A DNA stretch of 64,000 bases from an uncultured Lachnospiraceae bacterium (GTDB lineage Bacteria > Bacillota > Clostridia > Oscillospirales > CAG-272), in assembly GCA_964463325.1 (NCBI GenBank), contig CAYXBY010000001.1, positions 14,791 to 78,790 of the forward strand, in the 5' to 3' direction. Below the pieces are notes generated by a model. That model was not told the origin of the DNA. It did no database searches and saw nothing but the letters and a program-made list of their open reading frames with translations. A program made the position numbers and the translations under genes. Positions 7,984-18,071 of this stretch are shown in pieces; within the stretch, counting starts at the first letter, position 1, and each line of letters starts with the position of its first letter.

Positions 7984-10377
7984 TTATCTCAGCTCCAGCA
8001 CCGTAACGCCGCCGTCGCCCTCGCCGTAGCGCCCTATCCGATAGGACGCCACCCGCTTATCCGAGCGCAAAAACTGCCAGAGCGCGTTTCTCAGCGCGCC
8101 GGTGCCCTTGCCGTGTATGAGATAAACAGTGTTCAGCCCGCGCAGCTGCGCGTCATCGATGTATTTGTCCACTGCCAGCCAAGCCTCCTCGCCTGTCATG
8201 CCGCGCAGGTCGATCTCGTTTTTGACCGACTTGACCGCCGCCTCCGGCTTGTATTCCGAAGCTGGCACGCGGCGCTTTTCGCGGTCGACGACTATCGTCT
8301 CGTGCTCGTCGACCAGCTTGAGGTTGGAAATGTTGGTCTTTGTCCGTGCGGCGCCGGCCTGCACCGTTAGACTGCCCGATTTATCCGGCAGACTGAGCAC
8401 GGTGGCAATGGTGCCGATGCTGCGCAAGTAGACCTGGTCACCCTTCTTGAGCGGGCGCGGCAGCACATAGCCGTCGTCCTCGGGACGCTCAACCGGGTTG
8501 AATTTGTCCTCGTTTGCCCGCAGGTGGGCGCGTATCTCACGACGGGCGCGATCCAGCTCCTCACCGGCACGCTCGCTGTCCTTGGCGCGGCGGGCGCGGT
8601 CGAGCTGCGACAGCACAAAATCTGCCGACGCCTTGGCGCTCTCGATTATCGAAACCGCCTTGGCCTGTGTTTTTTCGTATTCTGTCTCGGCGCGCGACAG
8701 TTTATCCTGTATTTTGCGCTCGGACTCTCGCTTAAAGCGCTCATATTCCTCGCGCAGGCGGGCAGCCTCATCGCGGTCACGCTCCATTGCGATGCGGCTG
8801 GCCTCCAGCTTCTCGATGACGTCCTCAAAGCGCTTATTATCAGTGCTGATGGTGAGCTGTGCGCGGTCGATGATGTCCTGCGACAGTCCCAGCCTCCGCG
8901 AGATAGCAAATGCGTTTGACTTGCCGGGGGTGCCGATGATCAGCTTGTAGGTTGGGCGCAGCGTCTCGATGTCAAACTCGCACGAGGCGTTCTCGACACC
9001 GTCCGTCTCCAGCGCATAGGCCTTGAGCTCGGCATAGTGCGTCGTGGCGGCGCAAATGGCGCCCTTCTCACGCACCGACTCGATCACTGCAACCGCCAGC
9101 GCCGCACCCTCGATTGGGTCGGTGCCAACACCCAGCTCGTCGAACAGCACCAGCGAGCGCTCGCTCAGCTGCTGCATTATGGCCACGATATTGACCATGT
9201 GCGCCGAGAAGGTGGAAAGCGACTGCTCGATGCTCTGCTCGTCGCCAATGTCGGCTAAAACATTGTCAAACATGCAAATGGAGGAATGCTCTTCCGCCGG
9301 GATGTGCAGCCCGGCCTGCGTCATCAGCGCAAAAAGACCCAGTGTTTTAAGCGTTACGGTCTTGCCGCCGGTGTTAGGGCCAGTGATGATAAGCGTGTCG
9401 TGTCCGTGACCGATGGCCACATTGATGGGCACCACCTTTTCGCGGTCTATCAGCGGATGGCGCGCACGGCGCAGCTCGAGTGAGCGGTCACCCGATATCT
9501 GCGGCTGGACGCCGCGCATGCGCAGCGACAGCTCGCCACAGGCGAAAATAAACGCCAGCTCGGTGATATTTTGATAATTCAGTCGCAGTGCCGACGCACA
9601 TCCGGCCACCTCGCCCGACAGCGCATAGAGCACCTTGTCTATCTCATGCTGCTCGGCCGCCTCCAGCTCGCGCAGCTCATTGTTGGCGTCGACAACGGCG
9701 ATAGGCTCCACAAAAAGCGTCGCGCCCGAGGACGAGGTGTCGTGCACCAGTCCCTTGACCTCGCCGCGGTATTCCTGCTTGACGGGCACAACATACCGCC
9801 CGCCGCGCTGCGTGACTATGTTCTCCTGAAGATATTTCGAATAAGCACCGCCGGTGTATTTGGACAGAATGTCCTTTATGCGGTTGTTCAGCCCCTTGAT
9901 GCGGCGGCGAACACTCGCAAGCTCAGAGCTGGCCTCGTCCGCAATAAGATCCTCGGCAATTATGGAGCGCGTGATACGATCCTCCAGCTGCCGATCAGGG
10001 ATAAGCCGCTCAAATATCTCGTCAAGCGACGTTTCAAAGCTCCGGTTGACCCGAATGTAGTCAAGCAGGCCGCGACAGGTGCGCAGCACGTTGGCCGCGT
10101 CGAGCAGCTCGCGGGCGGTCAGCGTCGCGCCCTTCTCTGCGCGGTCGCAAATGCCCTCCATGCTCTGTATCATGCCAAAGGAGGGCGTCCCCTTGACGCC
10201 AAGCAGGCGCACGGCATCGGTCGTATGCCGCTGCGAGCGCAGCACCACGCTGACATGCTCGCTCGGCTCGAGCGACAGTGCCAGCTCGCGTGCGCCGTCT
10301 GTCAGCGCACAGTCGGCCAGCAGCACGCGCACCTTATCAAATTCAAGTGTTTTTAATGTTTTCTCTGAAAAGCTCAT
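7984..10377 (-). CDS. mutS2: Endonuclease MutS2
   Basis: 797 aa with a MutS ATPase core (GPNTGGKT), a long coiled coil and a C-terminal Smr domain (IDLRGM...LIHGKGTG). Confidence 0.95.
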   Translation of the reverse strand: MSFSEKTLKTLEFDKVRVLLADCALTDGARELALSLEPSEHVSVVLRSQRHTTDAVRLLGVKGTPSFGMIQSMEGICDRAEKGATLTARELLDAANVLRTCRGLLDYIRVNRSFETSLDEIFERLIPDRQLEDRITRSIIAEDLIADEASSELASVRRRIKGLNNRIKDILSKYTGGAYSKYLQENIVTQRGGRYVVPVKQEYRGEVKGLVHDTSSSGATLFVEPIAVVDANNELRELEAAEQHEIDKVLYALSGEVAGCASALRLNYQNITELAFIFACGELSLRMRGVQPQISGDRSLELRRARHPLIDREKVVPINVAIGHGHDTLIITGPNTGGKTVTLKTLGLFALMTQAGLHIPAEEHSSICMFDNVLADIGDEQSIEQSLSTFSAHMVNIVAIMQQLSERSLVLFDELGVGTDPIEGAALAVAVIESVREKGAICAATTHYAELKAYALETDGVENASCEFDIETLRPTYKLIIGTPGKSNAFAISRRLGLSQDIIDRAQLTISTDNKRFEDVIEKLEASRIAMERDRDEAARLREEYERFKRESERKIQDKLSRAETEYEKTQAKAVSIIESAKASADFVLSQLDRARRAKDSERAGEELDRARREIRAHLRANEDKFNPVERPEDDGYVLPRPLKKGDQVYLRSIGTIATVLSLPDKSGSLTVQAGAARTKTNISNLKLVDEHETIVVDREKRRVPASEYKPEAAVKSVKNEIDLRGMTGEEAWLAVDKYIDDAQLRGLNTVYLIHGKGTGALRNALWQFLRSDKRVASYRIGRYGEGDGGVTVLELR

Positions 10378-10385
10378 AATACTCT

Positions 10386-11189
10386 TTATTTAATCATAGT
10401 TTTGTAAAAATCCAGTGAGTAAAAGCCGCACTCAAGATGATTGAGCAAATACGCCTCGCCGGCGCGGCAAAAGTCGCCGATGTCCTGCGCATCCTTTATG
10501 CGGAATGAATACACCCTCTCAGGCAGCGCGTGCAGCACAAATCCCGCCGCAGCCACTGCGCCAAGTCCCATTGGAATCAGTAGATTATTGCTGAATTGCG
10601 TGTCGTCGTAGGCGGTGCACGCCTCCTTGCCCGCCACTGCGGACTGTCGCTTTAAGCAGTCGGCGCAGATGATGCCGCCGTTCATAACGTCGAGATAGAC
10701 CGTGTCGGTCGGCTCGCGGCGGCAACTGCGGCAGTGCGACATTTCGGGCATATAACCGGAAAAGCCCGCCGCCCGCCATTCATATGTTGCCTTGATCAGG
10801 CGCGGCTCGACGCTGCCACGCGACAGCGCATAAAGTGCGTTCAGCGTCATGCGCAAAATGTCGACGCCTGAAACGTATTCACCCGTGATCTCGCGCGCCA
10901 CCTCGGCTATGTAGGCTGCCAGCGACAGCTTGATCATGTCCTCATGCACACCGGCAAAATACTCGGTCACCGATCCGCCGCGCAGCCAGTTCATATCGCC
11001 CTTGTGATAAAGCTCAAAATTTCCGTAAACAAAGGGCTGCGTCAGCGCGGCAAGCTGGCTTTTTGATGATCGCGCTCCCTTGACCATAACAGTGACCTGC
11101 CCATTTTCGGGCGTCAGCAGCACAAGCAGGCGGTCATGCTCGCCGGTTTCGGTCACACGCAGCACGAGGCCGTCAGTTGTAAAAAGCAT
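10386..11189 (-). CDS. recO: DNA repair protein RecO
   Basis: 267 aa with an N-terminal OB fold plus a CxxC...CxxC zinc motif. It sits in the conserved position downstream of era. Confidence 0.9.
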   Translation of the reverse strand: MLFTTDGLVLRVTETGEHDRLLVLLTPENGQVTVMVKGARSSKSQLAALTQPFVYGNFELYHKGDMNWLRGGSVTEYFAGVHEDMIKLSLAAYIAEVAREITGEYVSGVDILRMTLNALYALSRGSVEPRLIKATYEWRAAGFSGYMPEMSHCRSCRREPTDTVYLDVMNGGIICADCLKRQSAVAGKEACTAYDDTQFSNNLLIPMGLGAVAAAGFVLHALPERVYSFRIKDAQDIGDFCRAGEAYLLNHLECGFYSLDFYKTMIK

Positions 11190-11207
11190 AGCTGCCTCCC
11201 CTGGAGC

Positions 11208-12095
11208 TCAGTCTTCCTGCCGATACCCGAAATTGGCCACCGTTTGCAGGCTGTCGCGCCAATTTTCCTTGATCTTGACCCAAAGGTCGAGATACACCCG
11301 TGTGCCGAACAGCTTTTCGAGATCCTGGCGCGCATATGTGCCCACCAGCTTGAGCCCCGCGCCGCCCTTGCCGACGATTATGCGCTTATGCGACTCTTTT
11401 TCGCAAAAGATCTCGGCGCGGATGCTGATAAGTCCCTTTTTCTCGGTAAATTCCTCAATGACGACGGCAATGCCGTGCGGAACCTCCTTGTTCAGTGTGC
11501 GCAGCAGCTTTTCGCGGATGATCTCGGCTGCCAGCTGCCGCTCGGGCTGATCGGTCACCATGTCCTCGGGGAAAAACCACTCCGATTCGGTCAAAAAGCG
11601 CTCACATTCCTCCAGCAGCTCGTCCACCTTGTCGCCACTGCGGGCGCAGGTAGGCACAAAGGCATCAAAATCGTGCAGCGCAGCATATGCGGTTATCGAC
11701 TCGGCTATCTGCTCGCGGCGGTATAAATCCACCTTGTTGAGCACCAGCACCGACCCACAGCCGGACGACTTGATATAGTCGATAACGCCGCGCTCGGTGT
11801 GCGAAATGGGCTTGCCGGCATCCACCACCAGTACAACGGCGTCAGCCTCACGCATGGTGTCGTCCGCCGCCTTGACCATGTAGTCACCCAGGCGATCCTT
11901 GGGCGTGTGCAGTCCGGGGGTGTCGAGAAAAACGAACTGCGACTCGCCGACGGTATGTATGCCGATGATACGGTTGCGCGTGGTCTGCGGCTTGTTCGAG
12001 ACGATGGCCACCTTCTCGCCCAATATTTTATTCATGAGCGTCGATTTTCCCACATTCGGTCGCCCGACGATGGCTATAAATCCTGTTTTCTTCAT
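11208..12095 (-). CDS. era: GTPase Era
   Basis: 295 aa with G1 GRPNVGKST, G3 DTPG, G4 NKVD and a C-terminal KH domain. Confidence 0.95.
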   Translation of the reverse strand: MKKTGFIAIVGRPNVGKSTLMNKILGEKVAIVSNKPQTTRNRIIGIHTVGESQFVFLDTPGLHTPKDRLGDYMVKAADDTMREADAVVLVVDAGKPISHTERGVIDYIKSSGCGSVLVLNKVDLYRREQIAESITAYAALHDFDAFVPTCARSGDKVDELLEECERFLTESEWFFPEDMVTDQPERQLAAEIIREKLLRTLNKEVPHGIAVVIEEFTEKKGLISIRAEIFCEKESHKRIIVGKGGAGLKLVGTYARQDLEKLFGTRVYLDLWVKIKENWRDSLQTVANFGYRQED

Positions 12096-12568
12096 TTTTC
12101 TGTTATCCCCAATCCGATAGAATCGATTATCTCGTGCTGCCGACGGCGCATGTCAGCATCCTCGGCCTCGCCGCGCTCGTGGTCATAGCCCAGCAGATGC
12201 AGCACGGAATGTATGCAGAGGAATGCCACCTCGCGCTCAAAGCTGTGTCCGAATTCCTCAGCCTGCGCCGCCGCCCGCTCAAGCGAAATGACTATGTCGC
12301 CTAACACCAGCAGTCCGCGCCCGGGCTGAGCCTCGGCATTCTCTTCAATCGGGAAGGACAGCACGTCGGTCGGGCGGTCGATGCCGCGATACTCAAGATT
12401 CAGGCGGTGAATGGACTCGTCGTCCGCAAATGTCAGCGATACCTCGGTGTCGCGGCCGACGCCCTCATAGCGCAGTGTCGCCTCAATGGCGCGGCGCATG
12501 AGCAGCTTGAGCTGGTAGCCCACAGGGCGTTTTTTCTGTATGTTATCAAAGTAAATACGAAGCTTCAT
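12092..12568 (-). CDS. ybeY: rRNA maturation endoribonuclease YbeY
   Basis: 158 aa with the HSVLHLLGYDH zinc motif. Its stop overlaps the era start (ATGA-type). Confidence 0.9.
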   Translation of the reverse strand: MKLRIYFDNIQKKRPVGYQLKLLMRRAIEATLRYEGVGRDTEVSLTFADDESIHRLNLEYRGIDRPTDVLSFPIEENAEAQPGRGLLVLGDIVISLERAAAQAEEFGHSFEREVAFLCIHSVLHLLGYDHERGEAEDADMRRRQHEIIDSIGLGITEK

Positions 12569-13594
12569 TTATCTTTCCTCTTTTTTCAGCCGGCGGTAGC
12601 GCGTGTCGGGCTTGTCCTCGCGTCTCGCCTGCTCTTTTTCAAATTTTTCATATGCAAGTATTATCTGCTGCACCAGTCGGTGCCGCACAACGTCACGCTC
12701 GCTAAAGCGATGTATGGCGATATCGTCAATGTTATCAAGTATTTTGACCACCTGCGACAGCCCGCTGCGCTGCCCACGCGGCAGATCGGTTTGCGTCAGG
12801 TCGCCGGTGACCACAGCCTTTGAGTTGAAGCCCAGCCGCGTCAAGAACATCTTCATCTGCTCGGGCGTGGCATTTTGCGCCTCGTCGAGAATGATAAAGG
12901 AATCGTCCAGCGTGCGGCCACGCATGTAGGCCAGCGGCGCGATCTCGATGGTCTGCTTCTCCAGCTGACGCGCGTAATTTTCCGGGCCGATCATCTCGTA
13001 CAGTGCATCGTACAGCGGGCGAAGATAGGGGTCTATCTTGCTTTGCAGGTCGCCGGGCAGATATCCCAGCTTTTCGCCCGCCTCAATGGCCGGGCGCGTA
13101 AGTATGATGCGGCTGACCTGCTTATCCCGCAGTGCCTTGACGCCCATCGCCACGGCCAAAAACGTCTTGCCGGTGCCGGCAGGCCCTATGCCGAAGGTGA
13201 TGGTGTTGTGCTGTATCTTGTCAACGTACTGCCGCTGCCCCAGCGTTTTAGCCTTGATGGGGCGGCCCTTGGTCGTCACGCAGAGGCAATCGTCCCCAAG
13301 TGCCGACAGCTCATCCTCGTTGCCCTCGCGGACGCTGTCGATAACGTACCTCACCGACTGCTCCGAAATAGTCTCCTCATACCCCGCCATCTGGCGCAGA
13401 TATGCTATCACCGTCGCGGCCTGGTGCACGCCCTCTCCGCTCCCGCGTATCTCGACCGCGTCGCCGTTGTCGGACGGATGCGTCTGTATCTCAACGCCGA
13501 ATTGCTTCTCGACCGCCCTGACGTTCTCGTCAAAGCAGCCAAAGACGCGCGCAGTCAGCTCGCTGCTTTCAATGTATACAGTTTCAACCTTCAT
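12569..13594 (-). CDS. phoH: PhoH-family ATPase (PhoH/YbeZ)
   Basis: 341 aa with an N-terminal KH-like region, Walker A GPAGTGKT and Walker B IILDEAQN. It sits in the conserved phoH-ybeY-era order. Confidence 0.9.
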   Translation of the reverse strand: MKVETVYIESSELTARVFGCFDENVRAVEKQFGVEIQTHPSDNGDAVEIRGSGEGVHQAATVIAYLRQMAGYEETISEQSVRYVIDSVREGNEDELSALGDDCLCVTTKGRPIKAKTLGQRQYVDKIQHNTITFGIGPAGTGKTFLAVAMGVKALRDKQVSRIILTRPAIEAGEKLGYLPGDLQSKIDPYLRPLYDALYEMIGPENYARQLEKQTIEIAPLAYMRGRTLDDSFIILDEAQNATPEQMKMFLTRLGFNSKAVVTGDLTQTDLPRGQRSGLSQVVKILDNIDDIAIHRFSERDVVRHRLVQQIILAYEKFEKEQARREDKPDTRYRRLKKEER

Positions 13595-13603
13595 GCTATC
13601 ACC

Positions 13604-14785
13604 TCACTCCGAGACCTGAAATTCCACCGTCTCGGCTATGTTTTCTATCAGCGTCAGCGTACAGTCCAACACGTATGCCGACTCGCCTATCTGACCTTCA
13701 ATTTCGCTTTTAAGTATGTCCGCGCCACCGTCCCGCAGCTCGCCGAGCTGACGCTCAAGCTCAGCATATGCCAGCTCCATCGCCTGCTCGTTGCTGTGAC
13801 GGCACACCTCGAGGCTATAGTGGCGGTGCTCTGTGCTTTCGATCCACAGCGGCAGCCGCTGCACTCCAAAAAGGCAACACCTATCCACATTACATATTGT
13901 ATCATATGTTGACCCCAAAAATCCAGTGTTTTTATAAAGTTTTATGCTTTTTCCGAAAAAAATCAGCTTTTTTTGTTGCACGACCTCACCGTCATAGCGT
14001 TTTTGCTCATATTCGAGCGGTATTTCGATGTGTATCTCGCGCATAGTCCGCGCAAATACCGCGCCGCGCGCGCGAATATACCGCCAGCCCAGGCGCTCGC
14101 TGTCAGAGATTCCACTGACCAGCAGCTCCCCACCCCGCACATATTGTCCAACCGTGACCACCGACCAGCCGTCATACGCCTCTATCCGCTCGATGCGGCC
14201 ATCTCGCTGCGCGACGAGATTTGCGGGTGCTGTCGGCTCAGGCTTGGGCTGCGGCAGCTGCTCGCGTATCTCGACCGACGCCACATTTCCCTCGAGATTG
14301 ACCGCCACCCAGCTAATGTCCTCACTCTCAATGAGCAGACGGTTCTCAATGGAATCAACGTCGAGCCGCGATATCCGACTGCCGACCGCCAGCCCCTGAC
14401 GCGCCAGCGCCTCCACCACCTCTTCCTCGCTCAACAGCGTATTCCCGCTAACTCGAACGTCCCACAGATATTGCCCCGACGCCACTACTATCGCCACCGC
14501 CAGCAGCAGCCCGACGAGCAGTCCCGGCCGCCGCCGATAAAGCAGTATGCAATGTGGCAGTCCAAAGCGGCGGTCAACGTGCAGCCGTATGCCAACGCCC
14601 CGACACAGCTGCTCAATCAACGCGGCCGTGTATCGAGTGCAGCAGAGGCGGACGCGCCCGGCATCGCGGTCAAGCTTCAGATGGCTGTAAACCAGGCGGT
14701 AACGCATGCACATGTTCATCAGCGTCTCGGTGTGGCATATGTGCGCCGACAGCTCGCAGCCTCCAAAAATCAGATATTTCAGCAC
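13604..14785 (-). CDS. yqfD: Sporulation protein YqfD
   Basis: The family assignment rests on overall similarity and its position after yqfC. The track ORF (to 14869) runs 90 nt into yqfC. I place the start at the in-frame GTG at 14785 (GGAGGAGG upstream), which gives a 7-nt overlap with the yqfC stop. The exact start is uncertain. Confidence 0.75.
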   Translation of the reverse strand: MLKYLIFGGCELSAHICHTETLMNMCMRYRLVYSHLKLDRDAGRVRLCCTRYTAALIEQLCRGVGIRLHVDRRFGLPHCILLYRRRPGLLVGLLLAVAIVVASGQYLWDVRVSGNTLLSEEEVVEALARQGLAVGSRISRLDVDSIENRLLIESEDISWVAVNLEGNVASVEIREQLPQPKPEPTAPANLVAQRDGRIERIEAYDGWSVVTVGQYVRGGELLVSGISDSERLGWRYIRARGAVFARTMREIHIEIPLEYEQKRYDGEVVQQKKLIFFGKSIKLYKNTGFLGSTYDTICNVDRCCLFGVQRLPLWIESTEHRHYSLEVCRHSNEQAMELAYAELERQLGELRDGGADILKSEIEGQIGESAYVLDCTLTLIENIAETVEFQVSE

Positions 14786-15093
14786 CTTTTCACTGACGCC
14801 TCCTCCAAAAAGCTGACTGTTAGTATGTGGCCGTCGATGTCCGCCGTGCCGGTGTGATAGGCGGTACAATAAAGCCCCTCGCCACGCACCGACAGGCAGC
14901 AGCCGCGCAATCTCAGCTGCACCTCCTCGGGAGTATAGAGCAGTATCTCGCGACAGCCGTGCACGACGACGTTGCTCCGCCCGCGCAGCTCGACAAAAAT
15001 GCCGTTGACCACGTCCGGCGATATGTCAAGTCGGCGGGACAGCCGCTCAAAAAATCCGGGGCTTGACCCCGTCACCCGCTCATTTTTGCTCAT
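14779..15093 (-). CDS. yqfC: YabP/YqfC-family sporulation protein
   Basis: 104 aa with YabP-like repeats (ELRGRSNVVVHGCREILLYTPEEV). It immediately precedes yqfD, as in Bacillus and Clostridium. Confidence 0.8.
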   Translation of the reverse strand: MSKNERVTGSSPGFFERLSRRLDISPDVVNGIFVELRGRSNVVVHGCREILLYTPEEVQLRLRGCCLSVRGEGLYCTAYHTGTADIDGHILTVSFLEEASVKRC

Positions 15094-15160
15094 AGCTGCC
15101 CACCTCCGAAGAATATAATATGGTGATATCGCTTTATTTTATGCTAAAGGAGCTACCATA

Positions 15161-16279
15161 ATGACACATATCAAGCGTCGCTCGCCTGGGCAGCTGATGT
15201 TTTGCGCCCTGTGCGCCGCCTGCCTCGGGCTGATACTTTACTATTCCGACTGCGCCATTGAATACATGAGCGCCGGGCTGCGGCTGTGCGCGCGGACGGT
15301 CATTCCGTCGCTGTTCCCATTCATGGTGATCTCAGAACTTATGGTATCGGCGGGGCTGGGCGAGCTGCTGGGACGTCTGTGCGAGGGGGCGGTGCGGCGG
15401 CTGTTCGGCGTCTCGGGAGCGGCGACCTGCGCCCTGCTGATGGGTGCAGTGTGCGGCTTTCCCATCGGCGCCAAAACAGTCATGGCGCTGCTTGATGCCG
15501 GGCACATATCACGCCGCGAGGCCGAAAGGCTGCTGTGCTTTTGCAACAACCCAAGCTCTGCATTTCTCATCAGTGCAGTTGGCATATCGCTATATTCAAG
15601 TCGTCGAGTGGGGGTGATCTTTTATTTTGTGACATTGTCAGTCGCCACTGCTGTGGGGATCGCCGCACATCTGCTATTCGGCGCGGTCACTGTATGCGGA
15701 GCCGACAGTCGCAGTATGACACGCCGTCCGCCCGTCCCGGGGCTTGACAGCTTCACCACCGCCGTGTCGGACGCCGCTGTCGGCATGCTGACCGTCTGCG
15801 CTTATGTTGTCTTTTTCTCGGCCATCATGGGCTGTCTCGGGCAGCTGCTGCGGCAGCTGGGCTGTCCTGACACGCTCTGCGCACTGCTTTACGGCATGGT
15901 CGAGCTGTCGGGCGGCGTCAGCGCTGCGGCGGCGCTCGACGTGAGCGCAGTGCGCGTCATAATAAGCGCGTTTATTATCGGATGGTCGGGGCTTTCGGTG
16001 CATTTTCAAATAATGTCGCTGTGCCGCGGCCGCGGAGTCAGCTTTCGCAGTTATTTTGTCGCCAAGCTATGTCAGGGACTGCTGTGCGCAGCGGCCGTCG
16101 GGGTCATTTTTGCGCTCTGCCCAACGGCCTTCGCGCCGCAGACCGACAGCGCCGCCGCTGCGTGGGCGTCGGTCATCGTCGACCCGCTCCGGCTGGCCGC
16201 TCTCGCCGCTTTTGGACTCGCTACGGCACTCGCTCTGCTACGTCGCATACACAAATCGACGCCGCGCGTCATATATTGA
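15161..16279 (+). CDS. ylbJ: Sporulation integral membrane protein YlbJ (nucleoside-recognition/Gate domains)
   Basis: 372 aa and multi-pass. The motifs IPSLFPFMVISELM, GFPIGAK and FCNNPSSAFLISAVG match the YlbJ family. Confidence 0.7.
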   Translation: MTHIKRRSPGQLMFCALCAACLGLILYYSDCAIEYMSAGLRLCARTVIPSLFPFMVISELMVSAGLGELLGRLCEGAVRRLFGVSGAATCALLMGAVCGFPIGAKTVMALLDAGHISRREAERLLCFCNNPSSAFLISAVGISLYSSRRVGVIFYFVTLSVATAVGIAAHLLFGAVTVCGADSRSMTRRPPVPGLDSFTTAVSDAAVGMLTVCAYVVFFSAIMGCLGQLLRQLGCPDTLCALLYGMVELSGGVSAAAALDVSAVRVIISAFIIGWSGLSVHFQIMSLCRGRGVSFRSYFVAKLCQGLLCAAAVGVIFALCPTAFAPQTDSAAAAWASVIVDPLRLAALAAFGLATALALLRRIHKSTPRVIY

Positions 16280-16322
16280 CAATAGAAGTGTAACTCAAGC
16301 AAATAGAAAGGAGGCTGCCGCA

Positions 16323-16556
16323 ATGAACGACTGCACCGCCGTTATCGGCTCAATGACAACCGCGCTTAAGGCGCAAAAAGCACTTCTGAAGGCCTCTATT
16401 CCCTCCACCGTGGTCAAGCTGGACTCCTCTGTCACCCGTCGCGGCTGCGCTTACGGTCTCGAATTCGACTGCATCCAGTCCGCCAACGTGCAACACACGC
16501 TGAGCAGCGTCGGGATCCGAGCATCACGCTATCTACAAGGGGGCGGCTATATGTGA
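16323..16556 (+). CDS. DUF3343-domain protein (putative S/Se carrier-like)
   Basis: Only the last 77 aa of track ORF 16056..16556 look real. AAGGAGG lies 7 nt before the ATG at 16323. The small alpha/beta protein carries a conserved Cys (RRGCAYGLEF). Its stop overlaps the start of the desulfurase gene. Confidence 0.65.
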   Translation: MNDCTAVIGSMTTALKAQKALLKASIPSTVVKLDSSVTRRGCAYGLEFDCIQSANVQHTLSSVGIRASRYLQGGGYM

Positions 16557-17698
16557 TATATCTTGACAATGCTGCCACCAGCTTTCCCAAGCCCCGCGCC
16601 GTGTGCGATGAAGTAGGCAAATGCCTGCGTCTGTACTGTGGCAACCCGGGGCGCGGCGCGCACCGACTCTCCATGGCCGCTGCCGCGCAGGTCTACACCT
16701 GTCGCGAGAGCGTCGCGCGACTGCTCGGTGTGCCGTCGCCTGAAAATGTTATCTTCACGCTGAACACCACTGCCGCACTCAACACTGCCATCAAGGGGCT
16801 GCTTCGCCGCGGCGACCACGTCATCATAAGTGATATGGAGCACAACTCGGTCTGGCGGCCGATCTTCAAGCTGCATGAGCGTGGCGAGCTCGAATATGAT
16901 ATCTTTCATTCCTACGTTGGCGACGAGCGACGCAGTGCCGTGCGCATATGCGCCTCCATCGCACGGCTGATCAAGCCGAGCACGCGCATGGTGATCTGTC
17001 TGCACGCCTCAAACGTCTGCTCGGCCGCGCTGCCGATCGAGCAGATAGCCGCCTTTTGCCACCGACATAACCTACTGCTTGTCGTGGACGCGGCGCAGTC
17101 GGCGGGACATCTGCCCCTCAGCATGGCCGCATCGGGCGCTGACGTGCTTTGTGCACCGGGACACAAGGGACTGCTCGCGCCCCCCGGCTGCGGCATACTT
17201 GCACTGCGTGACGGCCTGACCCTCGACACGCTGACCGAGGGCGGAAACGGCGTCAGCTCGCTTGAGGGCGGCATGTCTGTGACCCCGCCCGAGCGCTACG
17301 AGGCCGGGACGCTGCCGCTTCCCGCCATTGCCGGGCTGCTGCAGGGGGTCCGAACTGTCGAGCAGCGTGGCGTCGAGGCCATTCACGCGCACGAGGCCTC
17401 GCTGTATCGTGCGCTCCGCGACCGACTATCCGCTCTCCCCGGCGTGACGCTGTACGCTCCCGACTATGTCGGCTCGGTGCTGCTATTCAACATTGGAAAG
17501 CTTAGCTCGGATCAGTCCGCGCGTCTGCTCGACGACCGCGGCATATGTGTCCGCAGCGGCTTTCACTGTGCGCCGCTCGCCCACAAAACGCTGAAAACTC
17601 CCGACCACGGTGCCGTCCGCGCCAGCCTCGGTCTGTACAACACGCTCTCCGACATCGACGCACTCTACACCGCCGTGCGTGATATTCTGAAGAATTGA
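16553..17698 (+). CDS. Class V aminotransferase-fold PLP enzyme, cysteine desulfurase family
   Basis: 381 aa with the N-terminus MIYLDNAATSFPKP, the PLP-lysine region (PGHKGL) and a C-terminal RSGFHCAP active-site Cys loop. It has a GTG start. Confidence 0.85.
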   Translation: MIYLDNAATSFPKPRAVCDEVGKCLRLYCGNPGRGAHRLSMAAAAQVYTCRESVARLLGVPSPENVIFTLNTTAALNTAIKGLLRRGDHVIISDMEHNSVWRPIFKLHERGELEYDIFHSYVGDERRSAVRICASIARLIKPSTRMVICLHASNVCSAALPIEQIAAFCHRHNLLLVVDAAQSAGHLPLSMAASGADVLCAPGHKGLLAPPGCGILALRDGLTLDTLTEGGNGVSSLEGGMSVTPPERYEAGTLPLPAIAGLLQGVRTVEQRGVEAIHAHEASLYRALRDRLSALPGVTLYAPDYVGSVLLFNIGKLSSDQSARLLDDRGICVRSGFHCAPLAHKTLKTPDHGAVRASLGLYNTLSDIDALYTAVRDILKN

Positions 17699-17723
17699 CC
17701 CCGGGGCTCTGCCCTGCACACGC

Positions 17724-18024
17724 AAGGGGGCTTTTCCGAGAAAAAGCCCCCTTGACCCCCAAAAAGCTTTCCCAAAAGGCTAAGGACGAGGCCTGTGAGC
17801 GGACAGATAGCATATCGGGAAACAATAGCTCACCAAAGACCTTCAAAAAGGGGTTATGGCAGACATCTGAGGGCTAACAGACGTCTGCCATTCATCCAAA
17901 TGGCTCACATAAGACTTCAATGTAGCCGAAAAAATTTCTACACATCCTTTTTGATAGTTTTTGCGGATTCTTAAGGTGCTTTTTTCAAAAAGCACCTTAA
18001 GCGGAGCGCGAGGCAGAGCCTCGC
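17724..18024. repeat. Cluster of four strong hairpins in a non-coding gap (possible MITE-like element or ncRNA)
   Basis: The hairpins lie at 17724-17753, 17856-17891, 17970-18001 and 18008-18024. None has a flanking U-tract. A 9-nt inverted repeat, GGCTCTGCC (17705-17713) / GGCAGAGCC (18012-18020), brackets them. Confidence 0.4.
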
Positions 18025-18037
18025 ATACAATAGAAAT

Positions 18038-18071
18038 CAGCAAAGGGGTCGCTGCCGATGGCAGCGACCCC
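18038..18071 (-). terminator. Terminator of rplQ (end of the alpha operon)
   Basis: On the minus strand, a GGGGTCGCTGCC/GGCAGCGACCCC stem (12 bp) is followed by TTTGCTGATTT. It lies 12 nt after the rplQ stop. Confidence 0.6.

Noticed and set aside
12875-13912. Long ORFs in the track lie antisense to well-supported genes. Examples are 12875..13912 (+), 5215..6165 (+), 9571..10356 (+), 22980..24473 (+), 29436..30584 (+), 54800..56065 (+), 56037..57221 (+), 60882..61805 (-) and 61772..62800 (-).
   Set aside because: Each one fully overlaps a gene on the other strand that has unmistakable family motifs (PhoH, Prs, MutS2, SecY, uS3, AroE/K, AroC, RluA, DUF3810). Their translations are Arg/Ala/Gly/His-rich low-complexity sequences, typical of shadow ORFs in GC-rich DNA, and they lack SD sequences.
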